From a virus (taxonomy: Duplodnaviria; Caudoviricetes), in the IMG/VR virus record IMGVR_UViG_3300009184_000003, positions 1-62,278 of that record: a stretch of DNA of 62,278 bases. One strand, written 5' to 3'. The notes under the pieces are model-generated. The model had not been told where the DNA came from. It ran no database searches and saw nothing but the letters and a program-made list of their open reading frames with translations. Position 1 is the stretch's first letter, and every line of letters starts with the position of its first letter. This document shows positions 44,417 through 54,389 of the stretch, piece by piece. A program made the position numbers and the translations under genes.

Positions 44417-46138
44417 ATGCCAACGACAGTCATTGCTATCCCTATTGGAACTGGTTCATTTACGATACCGGCGGATTTTCCATCGGGGGGCACTTTGCAA
44501 GTCGAATGTGTTGGTGCTGGAGGCATAGCCAATTCAGGTGGTGGCGCGTATTCTAAAACAACTGCAATTTCAGGAATTAGTGCTTTACAAACTGTATATA
44601 TTCAAGTAGGCACTTCTGACACTTGGTTTAACAAGACATCAAACGCTGCGCCAACTTCCACAACTGATGGTTGTTTAGCTAAAGCAGGAACGCCAGCTGG
44701 CACAGACCTTGCCCCCGGAGGGCAGGCATCAGCTGGTATTGGTGATGTTAAATACTCAGGTGGAAATGGTGGTACTTGGACTGAGGGTCCTCCTGATATA
44801 TTTGGTGGTGGAGGTGGTGCTGCTGGCCCAAATGGTGCTGGAGCAAGCGCGGGAGTTTTTCCAAATAATGGTGGTGGCGGCGCAAATGGTGGTAGCACTG
44901 GTAGTGGAAACACTGGCGGTAACGGTCGTGGAGGTTCTGGTGGTGCTACATCTGGTAATGGTTCAAATGGCGGTGGTGGTGCTGCAGCTATTTTTCCGTC
45001 CACTCCCGCTGGCTCTGGTGGCCCAGATTTAATATGGACTGATTTTGCTGGTGTGCAATGGGGGCCATGCGGTGGTGGCGGCGGTAATAATATAGTAAAC
45101 CAAACTGGTGGTCAAGGATACGGCGGTGGTGCTTGTAGAACATCTGATGTAGGAACAAGTGCTAGTTCTCGAGGATTAATTGTCCTTACCTATACTACAG
45201 GAAGCGCATCAGCAAGTTTTGTTGATGCGGCTCCGTTTATCACTGGAGCAAGTAATAATTTATACACTTATCTAGGATATTGGTACATACCCTATGGTGT
45301 TACCAGCTTACAAGTTGAGTGTGTTGGCGCGGCAAATAGTAGCGGAGTAAATACAATTGGCGGCGGGGCTTACGCAACGAGAACATTGACGCTAACTCCA
45401 GGGGGGCCATTATATTTAGGTGCTGGTTCAACCGTAGCTAGTGCTGACCCTGATACATGGGTTAACCCCTCGTCAAACGTCAAACCATCATCAGCAACTA
45501 ATACGGTATTAGCAAAAGGAACTACTACGACAACAGGTGGTGCGTCTGGTTCTTCTTTTGGTTCAACAGTATATTCAGGCGGTAACGCTGCTGCAACAGC
45601 TAACGTCGCGGGCAACGGTGGTTCAGCGGGCCCGAATGGAGCCGGTGCTAATGGAGGCACAGGTGCTACGTCTGGTAGCAATGGTCTTGGTGGCGGTGGT
45701 GGCGCAGCAAACGGCGGGTCAGTTGGTGCTGCTTCAGGAACTTATGCTTCACGAAATGGTGGAGCAGGCGGAGCTAGTAGACTATCTGTTGCTGGCGGGT
45801 CGGGGGCAACTTCCGCAATAAACGCAACTAACGGCTCAAGCGGTTCTGGTGGCGGTGGTGGTTCGCTTAATGCAAATCCTAACGCATTTCGCCTTGCTGG
45901 ATGCGGCGGTGTTGAAAATATTTGGACAACCACAAAAGGTGATGTTTATGGTGTTGCTGCGGGTGCGGGTGGACGGTCGCGTCTTAGCAGCGTTTTAAGC
46001 GGATACGTGTCTGGCGGCGTCCAAGGATTCGGGGCACAAAATGGAGTTGATTCTTCTGGCGGCGGATTAATTGTGTTTACCTATACGTATGTTCCTCCAG
46101 TGGTTACTGACAACGGCAACTTTTTTATGTTCTTCTAA
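44417..46138 (+). CDS. Glycine-rich tail fibre/receptor-binding protein with an internal duplication
   Basis: Two LQVECVGA...GGGAY...GLIV.TYT modules. Confidence 0.7.
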   Translation: MPTTVIAIPIGTGSFTIPADFPSGGTLQVECVGAGGIANSGGGAYSKTTAISGISALQTVYIQVGTSDTWFNKTSNAAPTSTTDGCLAKAGTPAGTDLAPGGQASAGIGDVKYSGGNGGTWTEGPPDIFGGGGGAAGPNGAGASAGVFPNNGGGGANGGSTGSGNTGGNGRGGSGGATSGNGSNGGGGAAAIFPSTPAGSGGPDLIWTDFAGVQWGPCGGGGGNNIVNQTGGQGYGGGACRTSDVGTSASSRGLIVLTYTTGSASASFVDAAPFITGASNNLYTYLGYWYIPYGVTSLQVECVGAANSSGVNTIGGGAYATRTLTLTPGGPLYLGAGSTVASADPDTWVNPSSNVKPSSATNTVLAKGTTTTTGGASGSSFGSTVYSGGNAAATANVAGNGGSAGPNGAGANGGTGATSGSNGLGGGGGAANGGSVGAASGTYASRNGGAGGASRLSVAGGSGATSAINATNGSSGSGGGGGSLNANPNAFRLAGCGGVENIWTTTKGDVYGVAAGAGGRSRLSSVLSGYVSGGVQGFGAQNGVDSSGGGLIVFTYTYVPPVVTDNGNFFMFF

Positions 46139-46141
46139 ACT

Positions 46142-46456
46142 ATGATAACTTTTACTTGGTCAGTCACAAAAATAAATTGTATTTCTAACCAAAATGGAAA
46201 TGCAAACGTGGTTAAGGACGTACACGTAGCCTGTACCGGTGTTGACGGTGAGCACACATTTTCAATCACAGGCTGTTACGGATTAGAGTATAATGAGGGT
46301 AGTTTTATCCCTTATAACGAATTAACCGAGGAGCAGGTTTTAGGATGGGTGTGGGATTCTGGTTGCATAAATAAAGAAGCAATTGAGTCTGCCATTGATC
46401 AAAAAATTCAAGAAATTATTGATCCGCCTATCGTCAGTTTGCCTTTGCCTTGGTAA
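46142..46456 (+). CDS. Small tail-fibre-associated protein
   Basis: FIPYNELTEEQVLGWV...PLPW. Confidence 0.65.
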   Translation: MITFTWSVTKINCISNQNGNANVVKDVHVACTGVDGEHTFSITGCYGLEYNEGSFIPYNELTEEQVLGWVWDSGCINKEAIESAIDQKIQEIIDPPIVSLPLPW

Positions 46457-46473
46457 AAAAGGAAACTAGTTAA

Positions 46474-47526
46474 ATGAAGATAGCAGTCTACGCGATATCT
46501 AAAAATGAAGAGGCCTTTGTAAAAAGGTTTTGTGATTCCGCAAAAGATGCGGATCTCATTCTTATAGCGGACACAGGCTCGACTGACAAAACAGTAGAAC
46601 TAGCCAAAGAGTGTGGTGCTGTGGTGTATAACATCAGCGTTAAACCGTGGCGTTTTGATGTGGCGCGTGAGGCCTCATTGACGTTAGTGCCTGCCGATTA
46701 TGACGTGTGTATTTGCTTAGACTTAGATGAAGTGATGGAGCCAGGTTGGCGAGAAGAAGTCGAAAGACTTTGGAAAGACGACACTACACGATTGAAGTAT
46801 AAATTTGACTGGGGCAGCGGTGTCGTATTTCATTCTGATAAAATTCATTCACGTTCTGGTTATCGTTGGAAGCATCCCTGCCACGAAATTCTTGTACCGA
46901 CCACTGGCTTTACAGAAAGCTATGAGTGGACTGACAAACAACTAGTCACACACCTCCCAGACAATACTAAGTCACGCGGTCAGTACATGGATCTTTTATC
47001 CACGTCGATTAAAGAAGACCCAAATTGTTCTCGTAATACTTTTTACTACGCGCGAGAATTGACATACTATCGTCGGTGGGTGGAAGCAATTAACGAATTA
47101 AAACGCTATTTAGAATTACCTAGCGCAACATGGAACGCTGAAAAATCATACGCCATGAGGTTGTTATCCAAGGCGCACACAGAGATAAACAATAAAGGGG
47201 AAGCCATTAGGTGGGCCCGTTTGTCTGTTGCTGAGGATCCCACAGTGCGCGATAGTTGGGTTGAGCTATCTCAAGCGGCGTATAATCAACATATGTGGAC
47301 AGAGAGTTATTTTGCTGCTATCTCAGCACTTAACATTTCTCAGCGGTCCTACATATATATGGAAGAGCCAATTAACTGGGCAGAAAAGCCGTTTGATCTT
47401 GCATCTATCGCTGCATGGAATTTAGGCTTTAAAGATCAAGCCGTCGAGCTTTGCAAGAAGGCACTTGAATTTAACCCAACCGATAGCAGGCTGATTCAAA
47501 ATTTAAAATCAATGGTAGGGGAGTAA
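46474..47526 (+). CDS. Family 2 glycosyltransferase with TPR-like C-terminus
   Basis: ISKNEE, DTGSTD, RFD.AR, LDLDE, HE, helical repeats. Confidence 0.88.
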   Translation: MKIAVYAISKNEEAFVKRFCDSAKDADLILIADTGSTDKTVELAKECGAVVYNISVKPWRFDVAREASLTLVPADYDVCICLDLDEVMEPGWREEVERLWKDDTTRLKYKFDWGSGVVFHSDKIHSRSGYRWKHPCHEILVPTTGFTESYEWTDKQLVTHLPDNTKSRGQYMDLLSTSIKEDPNCSRNTFYYARELTYYRRWVEAINELKRYLELPSATWNAEKSYAMRLLSKAHTEINNKGEAIRWARLSVAEDPTVRDSWVELSQAAYNQHMWTESYFAAISALNISQRSYIYMEEPINWAEKPFDLASIAAWNLGFKDQAVELCKKALEFNPTDSRLIQNLKSMVGE

Positions 47527-47531
47527 ACGTA

Positions 47532-47774
47532 ATGGATGGTCAGAGTATTTTTAACGCCGTCGTCACCATAGGTAGTGCGGCTGGTGGATGGTTCTTAAAA
47601 ACAGTTTGGGATTCTTTGCGCGATCTTAAATCAGAGATTCGTAGCCTGTCTCTTGAAATGCATCAGGATTTTGCGCGAAGGGATGACTTCAAGGAAGCCA
47701 TTAAAGAAATCAAAGACATGCTAGTTCGCATTTTTGATAAGCTCGATGACAAGGCTGACAAGACTAATCAGTAA
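47532..47774 (+). CDS. Holin-like single-TM coiled-coil protein
   Basis: N-terminal TM, RIFDKLDDKADK tail; precedes lysozyme. Confidence 0.55.
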   Translation: MDGQSIFNAVVTIGSAAGGWFLKTVWDSLRDLKSEIRSLSLEMHQDFARRDDFKEAIKEIKDMLVRIFDKLDDKADKTNQ

Positions 47775-48318
47775 GACTCTCCTGACGCTGGTGTTGATGG
47801 GCTGTTGTAGCGTTATAACAGACCCCCCAGTAGGCAAACAGGAGATTGAGGTAGGACCCAAGGCACACGCGCTGATACAGCGGTTTGAGGGCTTTTCGTC
47901 CGTGGCGTACCCAGATGCAATTACTGGCGGCGCTCCTTGGACGTATGGGTACGGTTTTACGACTCGCGCGAATGGCAGCCCTGTGCAACCTGGTGACACA
48001 ATACCCAGAAAAGAAGCCGACGCACGATTAGCCAAAGAAGCGCAAAAGTATTGTGGCCACGTACTAAAGCGAGTGCCTAAAAAATACGCAACACAGAATC
48101 GAATAGACGCCGCTGCAAGCCTCTGCTGGAACATCGGGGTGCCTAACCTGCAGCGCAGTGTGTTTTTAAAGAAGTGGATCGCAGGCGATATCAATGGCGC
48201 CGCCAAGGCGATGCACTCGTGGGTGTGTTCAGGCACCCCAGTAGAGAAAGTTTTGAGGGCCAGACGTCGGGTTGAGTCTGCCCTTTTTCAGGGCGAAAGA
48301 CCTTATTTTGATGGGTAA
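47746..48318 (+). CDS. GH24 lysozyme with an N-terminal signal/lipobox-like segment
   Basis: FEG......D....WTYGYG, WNIG, RRRVES; MTRLTRLISKTLLTLVLMGC leader. Confidence 0.8.
   Translation: MTRLTRLISKTLLTLVLMGCCSVITDPPVGKQEIEVGPKAHALIQRFEGFSSVAYPDAITGGAPWTYGYGFTTRANGSPVQPGDTIPRKEADARLAKEAQKYCGHVLKRVPKKYATQNRIDAAASLCWNIGVPNLQRSVFLKKWIAGDINGAAKAMHSWVCSGTPVEKVLRARRRVESALFQGERPYFDG
48291..48317 (+). promoter_or_regulatory. Putative late promoter GGGCG-N16-TGGGTA
   Basis: Exact motif within the 3' end of the lysozyme gene. Confidence 0.7.
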
Positions 48319-48341
48319 TTTACAGTAGAGAGGAACTTAAC

Positions 48342-48647
48342 ATGGCAAAATATACACCCCGCATCGATCACTCGAAAAAAGACTACGAGAATGAGTCTGC
48401 AGATATGGCTCAGGACAAAAAGGTAGTCAAGAAGGCGTTCAAGATGCACGACGAACAAAAGCATGACGAGCCTACTACGGACCTCGCCAAGTTGAAAAAA
48501 GGCGGTCGTGCGAAGAGCAAGAAGCCATCCGTGCGCGAACACAAAGCTGGCGGCATGATCGACGTCAAAGAGATCACCAAGAAGCCTGACGCTAAGATGC
48601 CTAAGAAGATGGGCGCAAACAAGTTCAATCGTGGCGGCATGTGTTAA
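48342..48647 (+). CDS. Small Lys-rich protein
   Basis: DMAQDKKVVKKA..MHD...H; three xxxGG motifs. Confidence 0.7.
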   Translation: MAKYTPRIDHSKKDYENESADMAQDKKVVKKAFKMHDEQKHDEPTTDLAKLKKGGRAKSKKPSVREHKAGGMIDVKEITKKPDAKMPKKMGANKFNRGGMC

Positions 48648-48920
48648 ATGAAAAAGCACGACAAGCCTATACCTCGCAAGACAACAGGCAAAGATAAAAC
48701 GTACAATTCTACCGAATCTGGTGCCGGCATGACTGCAAAGGGTCGTGCCGAATATAACGCCAAAAACGGTAGCAATTTAAAGCCTCCTGCACCAAGTCCT
48801 AAAACAAAAGAGGACAAGGGCAGGAAGGCTAGTTTCTGTGCCCGTATGGAAGGCGTTGTTGAAAAAGCTAAAGGCCCAGCAGAACGGGCTAAGGCATCAT
48901 TAAGGAACTGGAACTGTTAA
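48648..48920 (+). CDS. Conserved basic phage protein
   Basis: GMTAKGRAEYN..GSNLKPP...RKASFCARM...SLRNWNC. Confidence 0.75.
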   Translation: MKKHDKPIPRKTTGKDKTYNSTESGAGMTAKGRAEYNAKNGSNLKPPAPSPKTKEDKGRKASFCARMEGVVEKAKGPAERAKASLRNWNC

Positions 48921-49087
48921 TGGCTACTAAACCTGGGCTCTATGCCAACATCCACGCCAAGCAAGAACGCATCGCTCGTCAAAAGGCAGCAGGAAAAACT
49001 CCTGAAAAAATGAGGACACCAGGCTCAAAAGGTGCTCCGACTAATGACGCGTTTAAGCAATCTGCTAAAACAGCAAGGAAAAAATAG
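48920..49087 (+). CDS. Small basic protein (55 aa)
   Basis: Manual translation MATKPGLYANIHAKQERI...GSKGAPT..AFKQSAKTA. Confidence 0.7.
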   Translation: MATKPGLYANIHAKQERIARQKAAGKTPEKMRTPGSKGAPTNDAFKQSAKTARKK

Positions 49088-49089
49088 TC

Positions 49090-49251
49090 ATGCCAATTAA
49101 GTCAAAGTCTCAAGAGCGTTTAATGCAGGGTGTCGCGCATAGCCCAGAGTTTGCTAAAAAAGTAGGCATCAAGCAATCCGTGGGTAAGGAGTTTGTGGCT
49201 GCGGGTCCTGCAAAGAAAAAACTTCCTGAAAAAGTGACTAAGAAGAAATAA
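49090..49251 (+). CDS. Small basic protein (53 aa)
   Basis: Manual translation MPIKSKSQERLMQGVAHSPEFAKKVGIKQSVGKEF... Confidence 0.7.
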   Translation: MPIKSKSQERLMQGVAHSPEFAKKVGIKQSVGKEFVAAGPAKKKLPEKVTKKK

Positions 49252-50291
49252 TGGCCAGCGACTACACTAACACCTCTAACACAACGGCTCAGACCACCGT
49301 CACGGTGGATCAAATGATTCGTTTTGCTTATAAAGAGGCTGGCAAGTTGGCAGAGGAAATGACGCCAGAGTATGTTCAAGACATACGTCTGGCGTTGTGG
49401 TACATCCTGATTAATCTTTCAAATCGTGGTGTTAACCTGTGGTTGCTTGAGTACATCATGCAAGGATCAGAAGCGCAACAGCGCGAGTATCCTATGCCAC
49501 GCGGTACGGTGGACATTCGTATAGCCAACTATCGTTTGTGCACTCGTCCATCAGCTGCGTCAGATAATACGTCCGGCGCGTTCAATACGAACACACTAGA
49601 CTTGAATTATGTCATTGCTGCAGGTGGTTCGGCTAACGCGTATTACGGCGAGGCGTTTAGATTTTTGAGCGCTGGCTTTAACTGCGCCACGCTAAACACT
49701 ACACTGTTAGTTGACTACAGCTACGACAATATTACATGGACTAATTTAGCCAGTGTAACAAATAACGTAAACACTTGGGGCTACACGCAGATTGATGGTT
49801 CGCCTCAAGCAAACTTTTGGAGATTCCGTAATACAACAGCCTCGCCTATTACTGTGCGTGCGTTGTCGTTAGCGTCTCAACAGCAAGATATTCCCATGGC
49901 ACGATTGAATCGTGACAGCTACTTCAATCTACCAAATAAAGATTTCCCAAGTAATCGCGCGCTACAGTATTGGTTTGACCGCCAAGTAACCCCGATTGCT
50001 AACTTGTGGCCAGCACCACAAGACGCATTTCAGACGTTCCAATACATCATTGAAATGCAGCCTCAGGATGTTGGCAGGCTGACAAACGAGATCGCGGTAC
50101 CAGATCGTTGGATGCCTGCGATGCAAAAACAATTATCTGCTGCGGTAGCAAAGCTGCTTCCTGGTATTGATGAAAACAGAATTATGCGGCTATCTGCCGA
50201 AGCAAAAGAGTTGACGGTGACTGCAGAAGAAGAAGATAGAGATAAGTCGCCGATTTACTTTGCACCTAACATTTCGTACTACACAAAATAA
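49251..50291 (+). CDS. Putative head-tail adaptor / tail tubular protein with an inserted beta-sandwich
   Basis: NRGVNLW, RLNRDSY.NLPNK, QYWFDRQ, LWP.P, EEEDRD. Confidence 0.65.
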   Translation: MASDYTNTSNTTAQTTVTVDQMIRFAYKEAGKLAEEMTPEYVQDIRLALWYILINLSNRGVNLWLLEYIMQGSEAQQREYPMPRGTVDIRIANYRLCTRPSAASDNTSGAFNTNTLDLNYVIAAGGSANAYYGEAFRFLSAGFNCATLNTTLLVDYSYDNITWTNLASVTNNVNTWGYTQIDGSPQANFWRFRNTTASPITVRALSLASQQQDIPMARLNRDSYFNLPNKDFPSNRALQYWFDRQVTPIANLWPAPQDAFQTFQYIIEMQPQDVGRLTNEIAVPDRWMPAMQKQLSAAVAKLLPGIDENRIMRLSAEAKELTVTAEEEDRDKSPIYFAPNISYYTK

Positions 50292-50306
50292 AAGGAGCCA
50301 CTAGAT

Positions 50307-51503
50307 ATGGCCGCCGCCAACTTTACGCCAATTAGTCTCTATTACAGTACAACAGCAGCCGCCGCGCCAACGTCTGGTAATTTAGTCAATGGTGAACTAG
50401 CTTTAAATATTACCGATGGCAAACTGTATTACAAGGATAACGCTGGGGTAGTTAAGTTGTTGGCGAGTAACGCTGCGACTACAAATGTCACGTCGCTCTC
50501 GTTTGGTACTACTGGCTTAACACCGAACACGGCCACCACTGGAGCCATAACAGTGGCAGGCACGTTAATTACGTCTAACGGCGGCACCGGTCTATCCACG
50601 TACACCGCAGGCGATTTGCTTTATTACGCTGCAGGGACGTTGCTATCTAAACTTGCTATTGGCACCGCTGGTCAAGTTTTAACATCAAGCGGTACAGCTC
50701 CTCAGTATGTAGCACAAAGCACTCTGTCAGTTGGATCTGCCACAACGGCTACAACGGCAACCAATGTAGCGGGTGGTGCAGCAGGATCCTTGATTTACCA
50801 AACAGCAGCTGCTACCACAACCACATTAGCGATAGGAACTGCCGGTCAAGTTTTAACATCAAGCGGAACAGCTCCTCAGTATGTGGCACAAAGCACTCTG
50901 TCAGTTGGATCTGCCACAACGGCCACAACGGCCACAACGGCCACAACGGCAACCAATGTGGCCGGTGGCACTATTGGTGCAATACTATATCAATCAGGGG
51001 CAGGCGCGTCTGCATTTTTATCTGGTAATACTGGCACTACGCCTCAATTTGTAACTTCTACAGGCACGGGTGTAGCAGCTCAAGCGCCAACATTAACAAG
51101 CTCCACTGGCACGGGCAATGTTGTACTAGCCACTTCACCCACAATTACTACCGGCACCTTTACTGGGTATACAGAAACTTCACCTGCATCAGTAACGGTT
51201 GGAACCGGAACTACTGCCATATCTGACGCTATTATTGATTCAGGCACAGTATTACGTTATACGTTGACTGCATCACAAGCAACTACATTTACTATGCCCA
51301 CTGCCACCGCGGGTAAGTCATTTGTGATGTTGCTGAAGCAGGCTGCGACCACTGGCAACGGTACGGCTACGTTTACTGGCGTTAAATGGGGTACCGCTGG
51401 TGCTCCGACTATTACTGCTACGGCTGGCAAGATGGATATTTTGACGTTTGTGGCTGACGGCGCGAATTGGTATGGATCAATCGCTCAAGGTTACACACCA
51501 TAA
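50307..51503 (+). CDS. Tail fibre protein
   Basis: P....L..GELALNITDGKLY N-terminus, duplicated LAIGTAGQVLTSSGTAPQY, VKW...APT...DIL.F C-terminus. Confidence 0.8.
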   Translation: MAAANFTPISLYYSTTAAAAPTSGNLVNGELALNITDGKLYYKDNAGVVKLLASNAATTNVTSLSFGTTGLTPNTATTGAITVAGTLITSNGGTGLSTYTAGDLLYYAAGTLLSKLAIGTAGQVLTSSGTAPQYVAQSTLSVGSATTATTATNVAGGAAGSLIYQTAAATTTTLAIGTAGQVLTSSGTAPQYVAQSTLSVGSATTATTATTATTATNVAGGTIGAILYQSGAGASAFLSGNTGTTPQFVTSTGTGVAAQAPTLTSSTGTGNVVLATSPTITTGTFTGYTETSPASVTVGTGTTAISDAIIDSGTVLRYTLTASQATTFTMPTATAGKSFVMLLKQAATTGNGTATFTGVKWGTAGAPTITATAGKMDILTFVADGANWYGSIAQGYTP

Positions 51504-51512
51504 GGAATATTG

Positions 51513-53549
51513 ATGTTTGCTTTTACTAAATTGATGCAAACAATGGTAGCGTCTGGTGCGGTAAATGACCCGTATTTTTATTTGAATACGTTATTGCTTA
51601 ATACGACTAGCACTAACCTTGCGCAAAACAATACGTTTCAAGATTCATCTAGTAATGGTTTTGCTGTATCTCGCGCCCCAACTACCGGCCCCCTTGCACC
51701 GACACAAGGCACATTTTCGCCGTACAGTCAGACGGGGTGGAGTAATTATTTTGCTGGTGATGGAAATTTTTTATCGCCAGCTGCAGGTAATGTTATATAT
51801 AACCCCGGAGCTACCGGTGCTTGGACATTTGAAACTTGGGTATATCCAATTGCATCTGGGTATTTTTATGGTGTTGGCACAACGGGCTCGGCAAATAGTA
51901 ATAGTATGGCTTGTGGATACAATGGCACTAGATTTATTTTTGCACAAAGTGGCGGTGGTTCACTTCAAGTAAACATAACGGCTTCAACTACGCAGCCCAT
52001 AAACAATTGGTACCACTATGCAGTTTCCAAAGACTCAAGTAATGTAATTCGTTTGTTTATTAATGGAGTAGAAAGAGGCACTGCAACACACAGCGGCCCA
52101 ATTAACTCTGGTAATCAACCAGTTATCAACGGATTAAATGATAATAATGGTTTAGGTAATAGTGGGGGTAGTTCTTATCTTTCAAATTTAAGATGGGTAA
52201 AGGGTGGCGCTTTATATACCAGTAATTTTACGCCACCAACAAGTCCTTTGACTACTACGGTTAGCGCAGGCACTTGTAACCTATTGTTTGCGCAATCTAA
52301 TAGGTTTGTTGATAACAGTACAACTAATGCTGTTTTTTCTCCAACTGGCACACCATCCGTACAAGTCTTTTCACCATTCGCGCCTACTGTTGCATACAGC
52401 ACAAACACAATTGGTGGCAGTGGATATTTTAATGGTTCGGGGAATTATTTAACTGTCGGTGCTACAGCCCCAACTTTAAATTTTGGAACGGGGGATTTTA
52501 CTGTTGAGTGTTGGATATACCCTACTGCTGATGCGGCAACACAAAAAATTTATGACTTTAGGTCAACAATAGGTGCTGTTGGTTTTAATTTACAGCGAGT
52601 ATCAGGTTCACTAATACAATTCAATAACAGCGTTACTGTTGTTCAATCTACGAATTTAGCTCCACTTAATGCGTGGACTCATATTGTTGCTTCTAGGGTA
52701 TCTGGAAATTCTAGGTTATTTATTAATGGGGTATTGCAAGGAACTGCTGTGGCGGATACGGCAACGTATGTAAATGGCACTAATAGACCAGTTATAGGGG
52801 TTAGAGGAACCAACACAAGCACTGATAGTTTTACTGGGTACATAACAACGGCTAAAGTAGTTATCGGTTCGGGGGTTACATCAGTTACAGTTCCAACGTC
52901 GCCGTCAACATCCTCTGGTTCTAATTTATACTTAGGCTTTACCAACGCTAATATTTATGATGTCACTGCTAAGAATGTTTTAGAGACTGTAGCAGATGCA
53001 AAAGTAAGTACGGCGCAGGCTAAGTTTGGTACTACGTCGATGGCGTTTGATGGAACAGGAGATTATTTATTAATTCCTGATTCTCGTATTCAGCAATTAG
53101 GAACTGGTGATTTTACTATTGATGGTTGGTTCTTTTTAAGTACGGCTGGCGTTGCTTATGGTCTTGTAAGTAAAGGAGCTACTACAACAACAGGCTGGTC
53201 AGTAAACGTAACTTCTGGCAATAGGATTCAATTTAGTTATAGCGCAACTAGTCTTCCTGGGACTGTAACTACTTTGGCTTCAGGTACGTGGTATTACTTT
53301 GCTGTTGTAAGGTCGGGAAGTGCAGTAGGTAACTTAAAATTGTATTTAGGAACAGCAGGGTCAACAACTCTTGAAGCAACAAGTGCTGGAGCTGTAACAG
53401 ATGACTTTACCCAGACAAATCCTATGTATGTTGCTGCTAATAGAACAGGCGGCGCTGTTTTGAGTGGTTATCTTGAAGAAATTCGCATTACAAAAGGTTT
53501 TGCAAGAGACGTAACCACTGTCCCAACCGCACCATTTTCAGTTCAATAG
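51513..53549 (+). CDS. Receptor-binding protein with three ConA/LamG-like lectin domains
   Basis: Repeated (D)FT.E.W.Y...W.H.A..R...LFING...GY..R..KG. Confidence 0.8.
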   Translation: MFAFTKLMQTMVASGAVNDPYFYLNTLLLNTTSTNLAQNNTFQDSSSNGFAVSRAPTTGPLAPTQGTFSPYSQTGWSNYFAGDGNFLSPAAGNVIYNPGATGAWTFETWVYPIASGYFYGVGTTGSANSNSMACGYNGTRFIFAQSGGGSLQVNITASTTQPINNWYHYAVSKDSSNVIRLFINGVERGTATHSGPINSGNQPVINGLNDNNGLGNSGGSSYLSNLRWVKGGALYTSNFTPPTSPLTTTVSAGTCNLLFAQSNRFVDNSTTNAVFSPTGTPSVQVFSPFAPTVAYSTNTIGGSGYFNGSGNYLTVGATAPTLNFGTGDFTVECWIYPTADAATQKIYDFRSTIGAVGFNLQRVSGSLIQFNNSVTVVQSTNLAPLNAWTHIVASRVSGNSRLFINGVLQGTAVADTATYVNGTNRPVIGVRGTNTSTDSFTGYITTAKVVIGSGVTSVTVPTSPSTSSGSNLYLGFTNANIYDVTAKNVLETVADAKVSTAQAKFGTTSMAFDGTGDYLLIPDSRIQQLGTGDFTIDGWFFLSTAGVAYGLVSKGATTTTGWSVNVTSGNRIQFSYSATSLPGTVTTLASGTWYYFAVVRSGSAVGNLKLYLGTAGSTTLEATSAGAVTDDFTQTNPMYVAANRTGGAVLSGYLEEIRITKGFARDVTTVPTAPFSVQ

Positions 53550-53556
53550 GTGACGT

Positions 53557-53772
53557 ATGCTTTACTCTAAAAACGGTTCTATACCTGGTACAGAAACCGA
53601 TGGCACAGAAGGTTGGATTGAGGTTCCTGATGCGCCTACTGCTGCTGAAGGACAAGAAGTTATTTGGTGTTTCCCTCCAGGATGGATTGTTCGTGATGTC
53701 ATGCCCCCACAAAGAGAGGGCTATCGTTGGGCACACTACATAGACGCTGGGTGGGTTGAATACAGTGAGTAA
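53557..53772 (+). CDS. Small tail-fibre-associated (chaperone-like) protein
   Basis: Trp/Pro-rich 71 aa protein after the fibre gene. Confidence 0.55.
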   Translation: MLYSKNGSIPGTETDGTEGWIEVPDAPTAAEGQEVIWCFPPGWIVRDVMPPQREGYRWAHYIDAGWVEYSE

Positions 53773-53777
53773 ACAAA

Positions 53778-54389
53778 ATTGATCCGCTCACCATCCTCGC
53801 CGCTGCAAAATTGGCTGCAAGTGCGATTAAGCAAGGATGCGAATTGTATCAGTCTGCAAAAGCCGATGGCATGGAGCTGGTCGATGCCTACGGTAAAGTC
53901 AAGGACGTTGTTGCCGACATTAGCGGCCACCTCGGAAACTTTTTTAAAGCGCACGAACAGTTAGAGAAGCACGTACACGAAGAAGAATTAAAGACTAAGA
54001 AAGTTCGCGATCCAGAGCTATCTGTTAACCAAGAAGCCTTTAACAGAATCATGGCTCAAAAAGAAATGCAGCGGTTAGAAACAGAACTGCGCGAGACCCT
54101 CGTGTATTCGGCACCGCGAGAATTGGGCGCAATTTGGACAGAATTTGAAGTAATGCGCGACAGGGTTAAAGCAGAACGCGCTGAAGTGCAGCGGCAAGAA
54201 CTACTAAAGCAACAGGCGGCTGAATGGCGACGGGCAAATATAAAAAGAAAAATCGCGGAACAGATGACATCAATTCTCGCGGTTCTGTTCATAATGTTAT
54301 GGTTCGTATGGGTAATGATACTGATAAGAACGAGCGCGACGTACCGTGGAGTTTACTCGTCGCCTTGGTGGTCGTGTGTCTTATGCTAG
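53778..54389 (+). CDS. Hypothetical coiled-coil protein with a C-terminal TM segment
   Basis: Frame open from ATT 53778 (IDPLTILAAAK); track start TTG 53811. Confidence 0.65.
   Translation: MDPLTILAAAKLAASAIKQGCELYQSAKADGMELVDAYGKVKDVVADISGHLGNFFKAHEQLEKHVHEEELKTKKVRDPELSVNQEAFNRIMAQKEMQRLETELRETLVYSAPRELGAIWTEFEVMRDRVKAERAEVQRQELLKQQAAEWRRANIKRKIAEQMTSILAVLFIMLWFVWVMILIRTSATYRGVYSSPWWSCVLC

Noticed and set aside
50307-53549. Diversity-generating retroelement at the tail fibres
   Set aside because: No reverse transcriptase; the internal duplications are not adenine-specific TR/VR pairs
42127-54314. Extra TGGGTA sites (42127, 54309; also 29144 and AGGGTA 3693) as late promoters
   Set aside because: No GGGCG box at the 16-nt spacing
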